From assembly GCA_044450345.1 (NCBI GenBank), contig JBIOIY010000005.1, positions 1 through 64,000 on the forward strand: a stretch of 64,000 nt of DNA, given 5' to 3'. Origin of the DNA: Thermodesulfovibrionales bacterium (GTDB lineage: Bacteria; Nitrospirota; Thermodesulfovibrionia; Thermodesulfovibrionales; UBA6898). Shown piece by piece: positions 28,448 through 38,376 of this stretch. Under the pieces are notes generated by a model. It saw nothing but the letters and a program-made list of their open reading frames with translations, was not told the DNA's origin and searched no databases. A program made the position numbers and the translations under genes. The stretch's first letter is position 1. Every line of letters starts with the position of its first letter.

Positions 28448-30806
28448 TCATCTCCTCAAGTTTTTTCTTCGCCCTGCTGTTTCCCGGATCGAGGATCAGG
28501 GCCTTTCGGTATTCTTCGGCCGCCCTGTACGGGATGCCGGCCTTTGTATAGGTATCTGCAAGGGTCATCCTTATGCCCGCGTCCTTGGGCAAGGCATCTC
28601 CCGCCTTCCTCATAACCGTGACCGCGTCATCATACATTCCCCTTTTCATAAAATATTCGTGGGCCTTATAAAAAGGGCCCGCCTCAAGCTGTTTTTCATT
28701 TCTTACGTAATCCAACGAGGAACGATACTCCTCGTCCGCCATGTCCTGGCGCCGCGTTTTATCAAGATAGTCGCCAAAGAGAAGATGGGGCTTGACCAAT
28801 GCAGGCAGAACCCCCCGTATCTCCATGTCGGTCCACCCGTCAAGAACCAGCATGGCTATATATTCCCTTGTCTTTTCCGGCGTCAGCGCCAATGAGGCAC
28901 TGAGATATTTCGAGGCCGTTTCCTTATCGCCCTTCGTTATGAGCCATATAACATATCTCTTGTACATCAAGGGGTTCGTCTTGTCATATGTTATCCCGCT
29001 CTGCAAAAGACGGGCTGTTACCCTGTCGTCACCCGACCCTGCCACGCGAAGACCAAGGGCCTGAAGATACTCGCCGTTCACAGGGTCCAGACGCACCGCC
29101 TTTTTGTATTGTCCTACCGCTTCGCCTTTATTTCCCAGTACCCATTCCGCGCCTGCTGCAGCGAAGGGGTATCTGCCTTCTGTCATGTCGAAAGAAGAAG
29201 CCCTGCGTGCTGCGTTTCTGAGTCCGATAAGTTCCTCCCTCGACGTGCTCGGGCCTGCGCCTTTCCTCTCATAGGGGAAAAAGCTGACCCTGGCCGCGAG
29301 GACCCCCGCGATGAAGACTGTGCCTGTCACTAAGACTACGAGCGCTGTAACGAGGAGACCCTTCGACAGGAAAGGCCGTGCCCTCCCAAGAAGTGTTCCT
29401 GCCGGTCCATCGTGAATCCTCGTGTTCGCTGCCGAAACCGCCAGCCCTATGAGAAAGAAGAAATAGAGTCCGTTTGCTCCGATGTGGAGATTGAAATCGG
29501 TGAGACTGTGGATGAGCATCGAGACTATCCCTGAAACAGCGCCCATAAAAAGGTAAACAGAGTAACGGTCCCGCCGCCCACGGAATCTGTTGTATGCCTT
29601 ATGGATGGCCGTTGCGACGAACCAGCCGAAGAGCAAAACCGCCACGGCTCCTCCCTCGGAAAAAAGTTCCAGATAATCATTGTGAGCGTGGTCGACAATT
29701 CCCTCCGCTGATACGGTGCGATATTTCGGATAGATGCGGATGTAACTGCCCAGTCCGGTTCCGGTCACCGGAAAATCTTTTGTGATATTAAGGCTGTCCC
29801 GCCAGATATCCACCCTCGCATCGGATATATTGCCCTGGGCATCCCTTAAACTCGTAAACCTTTCAAAAACCCTGTCCCATCCGAACCACCCGACAGAGTA
29901 GAATACGAGCGTGAGGATGAAAGCGACGAGGAGCCAGCCCTTCCATTCCTTACCTTTATTCCTTATCACACCTGCCAGGAATACCAGGGACAGGCAGAGG
30001 CTTAGGATGCCTCCCTTTGAGAGACTCAGGAAGACAGATGTCGCCATGAGCACCCCGGAAAACCCCAGGAGTATGTGTACATTGGTCCGTGGATTGCTGA
30101 ACGCTTCAACCGCCCGGTCCTTCAGCGAGTCGTTGAAGTATCGAGGCCGGTAATAAATGAAAAGACTTACAGCCAAGGGGATGACCATATCGATGAGTCC
30201 GGAGTAATGGTTGCGGTTGACATAAGGGCCGAAAGGCACCCCCCCCCGGGTCAGTTCCCTTACCCAATAAATTTTATCGTTCCAGAGAAAATGCTGGATC
30301 ATGCCAAAAAACGCGAGTACTGAAGCAAAGACCACTACGGTCCCGACGGTCTTTTTCAGCAGTTCCTTCCTTGTGAGCAACTGGACTGTCAGGACATAAA
30401 ATGCCGCATATGAGCCCAGCCTGAAGAACTCCGACAAAGTGGCCTTATTGCTTATCGAGACGGAAACCCATGCGCCGGGGTTTGCGGCCCAGGTCGTGTC
30501 TTTGTATAGGGCATAGGTACCCGGTGAAACAATTTTCAATACACCGGGCGGCAACGGAACAAGCTGCAGAAAGACATACCCCAGAAGAAGGGAAAGGGGG
30601 AGAAGCCCCGGGACCTCATAGAGGAACGGGTCCTTCTCCCGCCTCTTGCCGATAAGGAAAATTACCAGGGCCGATACACACAGGGATTCCATCACGGCTA
30701 ATGACCACGGTTCGACCGTGCCGAAGGCCAGAGGAGAAAAAATCAGAAGGAATATGAATATATAGATCACCCTTAAAGAGCTAGACTGAGGTGTCCCGGT
30801 CGCCAT
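28443..30806 (-). CDS. O-antigen ligase/Wzy_C-family membrane protein with C-terminal TPR repeats
   Basis: FGPYVNRNHYSG, SLSKGG, TGTGLGSY, HAHNDYLEL, IHSLTDFNL and a TPR-like tail. Start uncertain. Confidence 0.88.
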   Translation of the reverse strand: MATGTPQSSSLRVIYIFIFLLIFSPLAFGTVEPWSLAVMESLCVSALVIFLIGKRREKDPFLYEVPGLLPLSLLLGYVFLQLVPLPPGVLKIVSPGTYALYKDTTWAANPGAWVSVSISNKATLSEFFRLGSYAAFYVLTVQLLTRKELLKKTVGTVVVFASVLAFFGMIQHFLWNDKIYWVRELTRGGVPFGPYVNRNHYSGLIDMVIPLAVSLFIYYRPRYFNDSLKDRAVEAFSNPRTNVHILLGFSGVLMATSVFLSLSKGGILSLCLSLVFLAGVIRNKGKEWKGWLLVAFILTLVFYSVGWFGWDRVFERFTSLRDAQGNISDARVDIWRDSLNITKDFPVTGTGLGSYIRIYPKYRTVSAEGIVDHAHNDYLELFSEGGAVAVLLFGWFVATAIHKAYNRFRGRRDRYSVYLFMGAVSGIVSMLIHSLTDFNLHIGANGLYFFFLIGLAVSAANTRIHDGPAGTLLGRARPFLSKGLLVTALVVLVTGTVFIAGVLAARVSFFPYERKGAGPSTSREELIGLRNAARRASSFDMTEGRYPFAAAGAEWVLGNKGEAVGQYKKAVRLDPVNGEYLQALGLRVAGSGDDRVTARLLQSGITYDKTNPLMYKRYVIWLITKGDKETASKYLSASLALTPEKTREYIAMLVLDGWTDMEIRGVLPALVKPHLLFGDYLDKTRRQDMADEEYRSSLDYVRNEKQLEAGPFYKAHEYFMKRGMYDDAVTVMRKAGDALPKDAGIRMTLADTYTKAGIPYRAAEEYRKALILDPGNSRAKKKLEEMK

Positions 30807-32982
30807 AGCCGTACTGGTATTGCCGGTAATAATACTCATTCTTCCTGATATCGAGTCCATTAATGACGACCCCTAGAAAATGAGCTTCGATGTCATTAAG
30901 GGATTTCAGCGCCCTGCTTACACTTTCATACGTGGTTTGTCCCGCTCTTGTCACAATAATAGTCCCATCCAGGATCTTGCTGAGGACGAGACTATCCGTG
31001 ACCGTCAGCAGAGGAGCAGCGTCCCAGATGATAATATCGAATTTCTCATTCAGCACCCCGATTAAATCGTACATCCTGCCGGAACTCAGGAGCTCTGAAG
31101 GGTTCGGAGGCACCGGGCCCGAGGGTATGATACTAAGGTTCGGTACCGTCCCCTTGCAGATGATATCGATGCCGGAGGCACCGGCAAGATACGTACTCAG
31201 CCCCTTGGAATTGTCCAGTCCGAAGATCTTGTGGATACGCGGTTTTCTCAGATCGCTGTCTACCAGAAGAACTCGATGCGCCGCCTGTGCAATCGTTATT
31301 GAAAGGTTTACCGAAGTTACCGTTTTGCCTTCACCGGGCGACGGACTCGTCACGAGAACGTTTTTCGGAGGGGTAACGGCAGAGGAAAGCAATATCGCCG
31401 TTCTCAGCACCTTGTAACTCTCCGCGAAAACAGAATGCGGTTCTTTCAAGAGTATCTCTTCCATGCTGTTTCCGCCGGACTTCAGCAGAGAGACGACCCC
31501 GAGGACCGGAACGCCCAGTTTTGTCTCGACGTCTTCGGTTGACTTGACCGTGTTGTCAAGATACTCAACAAAGAAAGCGGCCCCGATCCCCCCAAAAAGT
31601 CCTATGACCAGCCCGAGGAGAGCGTCACGGGCATTGTTCGGTTTAAAGGGCATCTTCGGAACCTCGGCCTTTTCGACGACCCACACGTCGACAGTCCGGA
31701 TGTCCTGAGAAATGTCTTGTTCCTTGATCTTCTTTATGATGGCGTCGAAGAGCTGTTTGCTCGTTTCCGCTTCCCGCTTCAACGCCTCATACTGGACGAA
31801 TTTCTCATTCAGTGTCAGTGTCTCGCTTTTTGTCTGTGAGGCCATCTTGCGAAAATTCTCTTCGTTTGCCCTGGCGAGTTCATAATCGTTCTTGATTGAC
31901 TCCACAACCCTCCTGATTTCCTGCTCCTTCTTTTCCTTCAATCCCTTCAGGTCGGCCACAGCCGTAATCATTGCCGGATGTTTCTGACCATACTTCTTCG
32001 ACATCTCTCCGATATTCTGCTCGGCCTTGAGTATCTGCACCCGCAACGACTGAATGGTAGGGTCGGACGTGATCACCGGTATCGTCTCGGCCTTGTCGGG
32101 GTTATGCATCACCTCCTTGACCTTATTGTAAAGAGATTCCAGTTCTTTTCTCCTGGACTCGGAGACCGCTATCTTTGTAGCGACTTCAGACAGCTTTTCC
32201 GGCACCATGGTAAGCCTGTTTTCGAGCGTAACGATATCTTTCGTCCTTTGATACTCCTGAAGCGTCTTTTCCGATGTTTCGAGCTTAGACTTTTCCTCAT
32301 CCGCCTTTTCGGTCAGCCACCGCATCGCATTCCTGGAAGAACTCATCTTCATATCAAGGAGGTCGTCAATGTATGCCTTTGCAACGGAGTTCACTATCAG
32401 GGCAGAGAATTCCGGGTTTGAGGACACGTACCCGATGTCCACCAGTTTGCTGTTCTTTATAGGCGTCACGACAATCGAGGCGCTTATCGTCTTTGCTATC
32501 GCAGTGGCCCTCGCATTAGCCTCCCCTTCAGAGTCTTTTTTGACGGAAGAGGTCGGATCGGGCCTGGTTATGCCGGTCACATTCAGTATTACGTTAAATA
32601 TCCCCTTAAACCAGTCTATGGTCCCCGCCACGATATTGAATCCTGTGCTATCCTTCTTAAAATAAGACTCGTAATTCTTATCAAGGGAAAGCGTCCTGAC
32701 TACCTTATTGGCGACTGAGGCACTCCTAATGAGCTGGTACTGCGTCTCATAAAAATCCGGATCATAAGACGAGTAATACATGTTCATAGGCCCGAGGTTA
32801 CCGGGCTCGCTCTTTTCTATCAAGACCTTCGTCGTCGCCACGTAAATCGGCGTTGCGGAAAAAGTCATTATCAGAGATATAGCAAACACCACGCCAAAGA
32901 ACGTGTACACCAGCTGCCTTCTCTTGACGATGACTTTCAGGTAGTCCCTTAAATGTATTTCTCTCTCTTCCATATCACTCAT
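30781..32982 (-). CDS. Polysaccharide co-polymerase / tyrosine autokinase (Wzc family)
   Basis: Wzz-like N-terminus, SPSPGEGKT, DSDLRKP, and a C-terminal Tyr cluster EYYYRQYQYGY. Confidence 0.93.
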   Translation of the reverse strand: MSDMEEREIHLRDYLKVIVKRRQLVYTFFGVVFAISLIMTFSATPIYVATTKVLIEKSEPGNLGPMNMYYSSYDPDFYETQYQLIRSASVANKVVRTLSLDKNYESYFKKDSTGFNIVAGTIDWFKGIFNVILNVTGITRPDPTSSVKKDSEGEANARATAIAKTISASIVVTPIKNSKLVDIGYVSSNPEFSALIVNSVAKAYIDDLLDMKMSSSRNAMRWLTEKADEEKSKLETSEKTLQEYQRTKDIVTLENRLTMVPEKLSEVATKIAVSESRRKELESLYNKVKEVMHNPDKAETIPVITSDPTIQSLRVQILKAEQNIGEMSKKYGQKHPAMITAVADLKGLKEKKEQEIRRVVESIKNDYELARANEENFRKMASQTKSETLTLNEKFVQYEALKREAETSKQLFDAIIKKIKEQDISQDIRTVDVWVVEKAEVPKMPFKPNNARDALLGLVIGLFGGIGAAFFVEYLDNTVKSTEDVETKLGVPVLGVVSLLKSGGNSMEEILLKEPHSVFAESYKVLRTAILLSSAVTPPKNVLVTSPSPGEGKTVTSVNLSITIAQAAHRVLLVDSDLRKPRIHKIFGLDNSKGLSTYLAGASGIDIICKGTVPNLSIIPSGPVPPNPSELLSSGRMYDLIGVLNEKFDIIIWDAAPLLTVTDSLVLSKILDGTIIVTRAGQTTYESVSRALKSLNDIEAHFLGVVINGLDIRKNEYYYRQYQYGYGDRDTSV

Positions 32983-32987
32983 CCCGC

Positions 32988-33782
32988 TCAGAAAAAACTC
33001 TCGGGAACGACTATAATGTCACCGGCCATGACCGGTTCGTCCATCGCCGCCCTTTCGATGATCTTCTCTTTCCCATCGACTTTCCGAATGATCTTTATCC
33101 TCCCCTGCGATGCCTTGTCAGTAAATCCCCCGGCCATCGTTGCAGCCTTGATCACGGTAGTGCCTTCCTCGCATTTATAGGCATCGGGCTTCTTGATCTC
33201 TCCCGTGATATAAAAAACACCTGCCTTGGCGATATATACGTTATCGTTGTCCAACAAGAGAACATCCGAAGAAGTGTCCCCCTCTTCAACGAGTTTCTTG
33301 AGGTCGATGGTAATGATACTTTCCTGTTTTACGGGCGAAACGGTCTTCCTTTTTATTACGGCTTTGTCTCCGGCCTCCTTGGTGAGGCCCCCGGCCCTGG
33401 ACAGCAGTTCGAGGAACGTAGTGTTCCCGCTGAGCGCGTAAATACCCGGTTTGTTCACCTGCCCCATGATAATGGTCTTCCTGCTTCTAAACTCTTCGAC
33501 AAAAACAGATACATGGGGGTCAACGATATACCCGTCGGCGAGAAGATCGGTTATCTCTTGAGCGATCTGTGAAGTAGTCAGTCCCGACACTTTAATCGCA
33601 CTTATCAGCGGCAACTTTATGAACCCGTCGCCGCTTACCCGCGCCACAGCAGTAAGATCGGGATGATCGTATACCGTGATCTTCAGCACGTCCTCTTCCC
33701 CAACCAGGTAATCCTGGGCAAAGAGAATACCGACGTTCCAGAAGATAACGATGCCCAGCATGAGTATAAGGTATTTTCTCAT
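32988..33782 (-). CDS. Polysaccharide export protein (Wza/OPX, SLBB domains)
   Basis: YLVGEEDVLKITV, DGFIKLPLI, GQVNKPG, AGGFT. Confidence 0.9.
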   Translation of the reverse strand: MRKYLILMLGIVIFWNVGILFAQDYLVGEEDVLKITVYDHPDLTAVARVSGDGFIKLPLISAIKVSGLTTSQIAQEITDLLADGYIVDPHVSVFVEEFRSRKTIIMGQVNKPGIYALSGNTTFLELLSRAGGLTKEAGDKAVIKRKTVSPVKQESIITIDLKKLVEEGDTSSDVLLLDNDNVYIAKAGVFYITGEIKKPDAYKCEEGTTVIKAATMAGGFTDKASQGRIKIIRKVDGKEKIIERAAMDEPVMAGDIIVVPESFF

Positions 33783-33848
33783 TGTTGCTACTTATACAAA
33801 TTATAGAATAAATGGGGGAATAAATACACGAACGTGCTGTCGCAGAAG

Positions 33849-35438
33849 CTAGAGCGAGCCCGTCACCCTGAAAAAAATGGTATTACTGGAATAGTTGAAA
33901 TCAGGGAAATTGGACTCCCTTGTCGCATACGTGTAGTAAATCCCTGCCTTGAGCCATTTTCTGAAATCGTATTGGAACCCGAGAGTGGCCTGATAAAGAT
34001 TGTCTCTTCTCTTCGCGGTATTGCCGCCGAAGGTCAGATCCTCCCCGTAACTCTCCTGAGTGTACCCCAGGTCCAGAGACCCTGTGATCTTGGAGGTGAG
34101 CATCTGTTGATATCTCACCGCGAAGGCATTCGTAAGCACAAAGAAGGTGGAAGGTATGTTGGACTCGTCAATCCTCCTCGATGCAGTTAATGTCAAAGAA
34201 GTCTTCGGGGTAAATTTATGATCCACATTGCCCTCAAAGACAAAAGTCCTGCTATTTGCCACTGGATCCGAGAAGTCCCGGAGGCTATAGCCTGCCCTGA
34301 CGCTCCCCTTTGATTTAGCCGTGATTTGCCACTCCATGCCCAAGAGGAAATTATGCTCCTTGCTGTTGAGAGAGGCGTCGTTCGAATATCCTATATCCTT
34401 AAAGACATATTCAAAGAAAAGTGACGTCTTAGATCGGAGTTTGTAGAAGAGATACGTCGAAAACGAATTATCCACCCGGTCTCTCAAGGAGTTCCTTTCG
34501 GCATCATAACTCACAAGAAAGTGGGAGTAATCAAAACGGAACCGGAGCTTGTTGCCCGTGTCGTACGACAACATCGCATAAAAAAGATTGCTGTTATATT
34601 GGTCCACTTCGCCCGGGCCAACCAGCACCGACGTATCGGTCGTCTCATAATTTCTTGAGAATTCGTCGTTCACTGCTATAGAAAGACCGCCGCGGAAATT
34701 ATAGGCAAGGCCCCCCTGCACGTTTTGGGTTATCATATTCCCGGAGGGGGAGTTCTGCGAATGAATTGGGATGTCCGACTGGTAGAGCAAAAATGCCTGG
34801 TAGCGTTTCGCTGTTCCTCCCCCTTCCCTGCTCAAAGAGAGCCCCCCCCCTGAACGCGGGTCAATGAGACCCAGACCCTCAGGTTTCTCATTTACTCCCG
34901 GCATTGATATCCAGACTTCGGGGGACAGGACCGTGTATAGGTCGCTTTTTTTGTCCGTCCTGGTGTTGAATGCGTTGTCGGTGTAGATTTCCGAGACGGT
35001 CAAGTCTGCATGGAAATATCTCGCCGAACGCAACAAGATATCCGTGGCTGTCTTCTTCTTTCCGACAGGAGGTTCAGCTTCGGAAGAAAGTCCCGGCTCA
35101 CCGCTACCTTTGGGAGGCGGTTTTTGCATACCGGCCGCCGGTTCCCGGTGTATGATTACAAAGACTCCGTATACCGTCTTGCTGTCCTTTGCTTCATACT
35201 CACGGAAATACGTTTCGAAACCGTCGCTTCTGATCTTCTCAGAGAGCTTTTCCGCCTCCTCTCTTGTCGTAAACACCGATATCTCGACCTCGTTCTGGGG
35301 ATCTTTCTTGCCGGCACTTCCTTCCTGCGGTATGCCTTCTTTTTGCCCGGCGAAACAGACGGGATTTGGGAACAAAAGACTACTGATCAAAAAAGCAGTT
35401 ATACAACTAATTATGCTACCCAGCGCCCATTTTATCAT
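33849..35438 (-). CDS. Outer-membrane beta-barrel of polysaccharide export loci, with an N-terminal SPOR-like segment
   Basis: Amphipathic beta strands, YTDNAF, terminal FFRVTGSL; F.TREEAEKL..KI...GFETY resembles SPOR. Confidence 0.7.
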   Translation of the reverse strand: MIKWALGSIISCITAFLISSLLFPNPVCFAGQKEGIPQEGSAGKKDPQNEVEISVFTTREEAEKLSEKIRSDGFETYFREYEAKDSKTVYGVFVIIHREPAAGMQKPPPKGSGEPGLSSEAEPPVGKKKTATDILLRSARYFHADLTVSEIYTDNAFNTRTDKKSDLYTVLSPEVWISMPGVNEKPEGLGLIDPRSGGGLSLSREGGGTAKRYQAFLLYQSDIPIHSQNSPSGNMITQNVQGGLAYNFRGGLSIAVNDEFSRNYETTDTSVLVGPGEVDQYNSNLFYAMLSYDTGNKLRFRFDYSHFLVSYDAERNSLRDRVDNSFSTYLFYKLRSKTSLFFEYVFKDIGYSNDASLNSKEHNFLLGMEWQITAKSKGSVRAGYSLRDFSDPVANSRTFVFEGNVDHKFTPKTSLTLTASRRIDESNIPSTFFVLTNAFAVRYQQMLTSKITGSLDLGYTQESYGEDLTFGGNTAKRRDNLYQATLGFQYDFRKWLKAGIYYTYATRESNFPDFNYSSNTIFFRVTGSL

Positions 35439-35546
35439 AATTTCTTTTCAAAAACATTGTGTTAAGGGAAATACCTTTACCATATTCTCAGGGAATAACC
35501 CCAAATTGTCAAGAAAAAAAGTGTTTTCGGGGTTATTGACGCGTCG

Positions 35547-36329
35547 ATGACTTTTTCCGGCCGGTCTGATATACTTCTCTTAGCTGAGGTATTATTGAAA
35601 TATATCTACTACATTATCGTCATTTTGCTGATACTGTCGGCCCTGATCGGATATGCGCTGATACCTGCGCGAGTACCTGAAAATAAGGCCGCCCTTATCA
35701 TCAACGGCAAAACCGTGTCGGCCGATGAGTTCAATAAACTCTTTTCATCACAGTCAGGACCCCATCCTGACCGCGAAACCTTCATAAACTCCCTGATAAC
35801 CCGTGAGTTGCTTATCCAGGAGTCTCAAAAGGAGGGCATCGACAAGGAAGAGACATTCAGGAGATCGATACAGAATTTCTACGAACAATCGCTGATTAAA
35901 CTTCTCATGGACAGAAAGTTCGCCTCATTGGGAGCTTCGGTAAGCGATGATGAACTCAACAATTATATCTCCCTTCTGAACAGGAAGATGCAGCTCACGA
36001 TATTCAATTTCAGAAGTCCAGGAGAGGCTAAGAAAAGCAACTTGGCAGGCGGAGAACGCAGGACTATGTACCTTGAGGACCTCTCTTGGGATCTGAGGGT
36101 CCCGATCGCGGCGCTTGCAGTCGGTGGGCATACCGGGCCGATCAAGACAGGCGGGAATTTCGTGGTGGTGAGACTCGACGGAATGGAGAAGCCGTCGGCC
36201 CGTCCCGCCACGCCGGATCGGGAGAGCATCCGGAAAATGGTAGCCGAAAAAAAAAGGGAAAAGATGATCAACGACTGGATCGACGATCTCAGGGAAAAGG
36301 CCAAGGTAAAAATACTGATCAAGGAGTAG
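35547..36329 (+). CDS. SurA/PpiC-like chaperone
   Basis: IINGKTVS..EF, LITRELLIQE, GPIKT..F.VV, WIDDLREKAKVKI. Confidence 0.65.
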   Translation: MTFSGRSDILLLAEVLLKYIYYIIVILLILSALIGYALIPARVPENKAALIINGKTVSADEFNKLFSSQSGPHPDRETFINSLITRELLIQESQKEGIDKEETFRRSIQNFYEQSLIKLLMDRKFASLGASVSDDELNNYISLLNRKMQLTIFNFRSPGEAKKSNLAGGERRTMYLEDLSWDLRVPIAALAVGGHTGPIKTGGNFVVVRLDGMEKPSARPATPDRESIRKMVAEKKREKMINDWIDDLREKAKVKILIKE

Positions 36330-36330
36330 C

Positions 36331-36933
36331 ATGGGGGAGATGGACATGGAAAGGAAATGGAGAAGAAAAAACTATTTCATAAAGAAAGAGCTCCAGGGGA
36401 GATTTATTTTCAGTTTTTTCATCTTTGTCGTGGTCGGAAGTTTTTTTTTTACAGTAATCTTCAGCCTGCTCTCGGCCGATACGCTGACGATCGCGTATAA
36501 GAATTATGACCTCAGGCTGGGCAAGACCCCGGTGATCCTTTTGAGAGAGACCCTGAGCGCACATTGGATATTTATTTTCACCGGCGGACTCCTCGTGGTC
36601 CTCGCCTCGATGTTCCTCACCCACCGTTTTGCAGGACCGGTTTACCGGTTTGAGAAGTCCCTCGAAGAGATGATGAAGGGCAACTTTGACTTCGAGATCA
36701 GACTGAGGGCCAAGGACGAGGCCAAGGAACTCGCACAGATGATGAATGATTTCAATTCCCGCCTCTCCTCGCAGCTGAAGGAGATAAGGGACCTCGCGGA
36801 CGATGTGGGATCACACATTTCGAAGGCAAAGGGGTCGTCGGGCGCGGAGGCCGGCGTTGAACTCGATGAAGCAGAGGCCAACAACAGAAGGATCAGAGAG
36901 ATACTCCGCAATTTTACGCTGAAGAATGAGTAG
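36331..36933 (+). CDS. Two-TM HAMP-domain protein
   Basis: RRKNYFIKKELQ, THRFAGPVYRF, IRLRAKDE. Confidence 0.75.
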   Translation: MGEMDMERKWRRKNYFIKKELQGRFIFSFFIFVVVGSFFFTVIFSLLSADTLTIAYKNYDLRLGKTPVILLRETLSAHWIFIFTGGLLVVLASMFLTHRFAGPVYRFEKSLEEMMKGNFDFEIRLRAKDEAKELAQMMNDFNSRLSSQLKEIRDLADDVGSHISKAKGSSGAEAGVELDEAEANNRRIREILRNFTLKNE

Positions 36934-36935
36934 TT

Positions 36936-37469
36936 ATGCCCCGAGGCCTGTTCAGTGCAATTCTTGCTGGATTCCTCCTGGTCGCGTCGGCCACTGCGGC
37001 TTTCGCATCGGAGTTGAGGACGCAGTACACAACCATCGCATACGATAAAGAAGAACAGCTTCGGAAATTCAACAGAGGGGTTTCCCTTGGAAGCCTCTCA
37101 TACCTCCTCAGGAACAAGAGGAGTATAACCTCCGACGATGAAGCGAGAAACAAGGTAGACGTCCTGGTCGAAAGGGTTGAAGCGATCCTTGATATGTTCC
37201 CCAGGGATCTGAAGTTCAAGATAGTCCTTCTCTCCACGGATACCGATGTACAGAGGGTCTATAAAAATAAATATGGTGCGGCCGTCGATTATATATCCTT
37301 TTACTCTCCGAGGGAAAAAACCGTGTATATTTCAGTCGACGATATAAGGATCGGCGTCTTAGCGCACGAGATGGCTCACGTCATACTCGACTTTTATTTC
37401 GGTGTGTCCCCGCCCGTAAAGATACATGAGGTCCTCGCACAGTTCGTGGAATCCCATCTGAAGGATTAG
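36936..37469 (+). CDS. Secreted protein with HEXXH zincin-like motif
   Basis: Signal peptide; LAHEMAH followed by HEVLA. Confidence 0.65.
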   Translation: MPRGLFSAILAGFLLVASATAAFASELRTQYTTIAYDKEEQLRKFNRGVSLGSLSYLLRNKRSITSDDEARNKVDVLVERVEAILDMFPRDLKFKIVLLSTDTDVQRVYKNKYGAAVDYISFYSPREKTVYISVDDIRIGVLAHEMAHVILDFYFGVSPPVKIHEVLAQFVESHLKD

Positions 37470-37484
37470 GCCCCCGGGCCGGGA

Positions 37485-38264
37485 TCAAAAAGAGGAGGGA
37501 CTTATGGACCTGCCTGCAGTATTTCCTCTCGGGGCAGAATCCATGGGTACTAATTCATCTGCGGGGGGAGGCGAATACCCCAGACCGGAGACGGGCTGGA
37601 AATAACAGAGGCTTGTCGTACCTGCCAGGACAAGGCACCTTACCACTTCAGTAGCCTCGGCGCCTGCATCGATAGCACACCTCGATACGACATCAGGAGT
37701 TGCACCCGCCTCGACCGCACCGGCGATGATCTGGTTCAGATCACCCCCGCCCGAAATGGCGCATTTCACAACATAACAGGCGTTATAGCCCATTTCAATG
37801 CCCGTCTTTACGATCTTCTTTATTTCATCGCCCTTTTGGACGCTCGCCTTTATAACTGAACAAACTTTTTCCCCCTCGTGAAGATCGACATTAGGGGTAT
37901 TTTTGACCTCTGGAATCTCTTCTTTGGGGAAGACATGGTTGTCACTTTTCTGATTTGTAGTAGCAATTGAACCCGGAGAATTTTCTATTGTTATGTTTCC
38001 ATCCTTTTCACTCTTGTTAGATGGTTCCGGGGTTGAGTTTCCCGATTCAGCTTTTGGGATGATAGGTTGAACCTTTGCGACCTCATTCTTTACTTCTTGC
38101 GCCGGAGCACGTTGAGGCTGTTGATCCCGTGAGGAGGCGAGCTGGGGCACTTTTGGTAATGGTGCAATTGCGGAGACATTTGGTTGCTTATGATAATAAA
38201 AAAACAATGATGAGGCTGAAATTAATAATCCTCCAATAATAAGTATCAAAAGGAGCTTTTTCAT
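37485..38264 (-). CDS. Membrane-anchored hypothetical protein with helical Ala/Cys repeats and a GLGYSPP...SPS tail
   Basis: N-terminal TM, Pro/Gln-rich linker, repeated VVxxAIxAG-like units. Confidence 0.65.
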   Translation of the reverse strand: MKKLLLILIIGGLLISASSLFFYYHKQPNVSAIAPLPKVPQLASSRDQQPQRAPAQEVKNEVAKVQPIIPKAESGNSTPEPSNKSEKDGNITIENSPGSIATTNQKSDNHVFPKEEIPEVKNTPNVDLHEGEKVCSVIKASVQKGDEIKKIVKTGIEMGYNACYVVKCAISGGGDLNQIIAGAVEAGATPDVVSRCAIDAGAEATEVVRCLVLAGTTSLCYFQPVSGLGYSPPPADELVPMDSAPRGNTAGRSISPSSF

Positions 38265-38376
38265 GGCCTTATCTCGGAAATACCGGGGCCATAATATATG
38301 CCAAACCGCTTCTCATAATAAAAACATACCACAATTCTAGGGATTTGTCATCAAAAAAATTCCGGGACAGGTTTCC

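Noticed and set aside
35440..35560. FleQ-like box upstream of the polysaccharide export genes
   Set aside because: GTCA and TGAC half-sites occur but not at N6 spacing, so direct control is unsupported.
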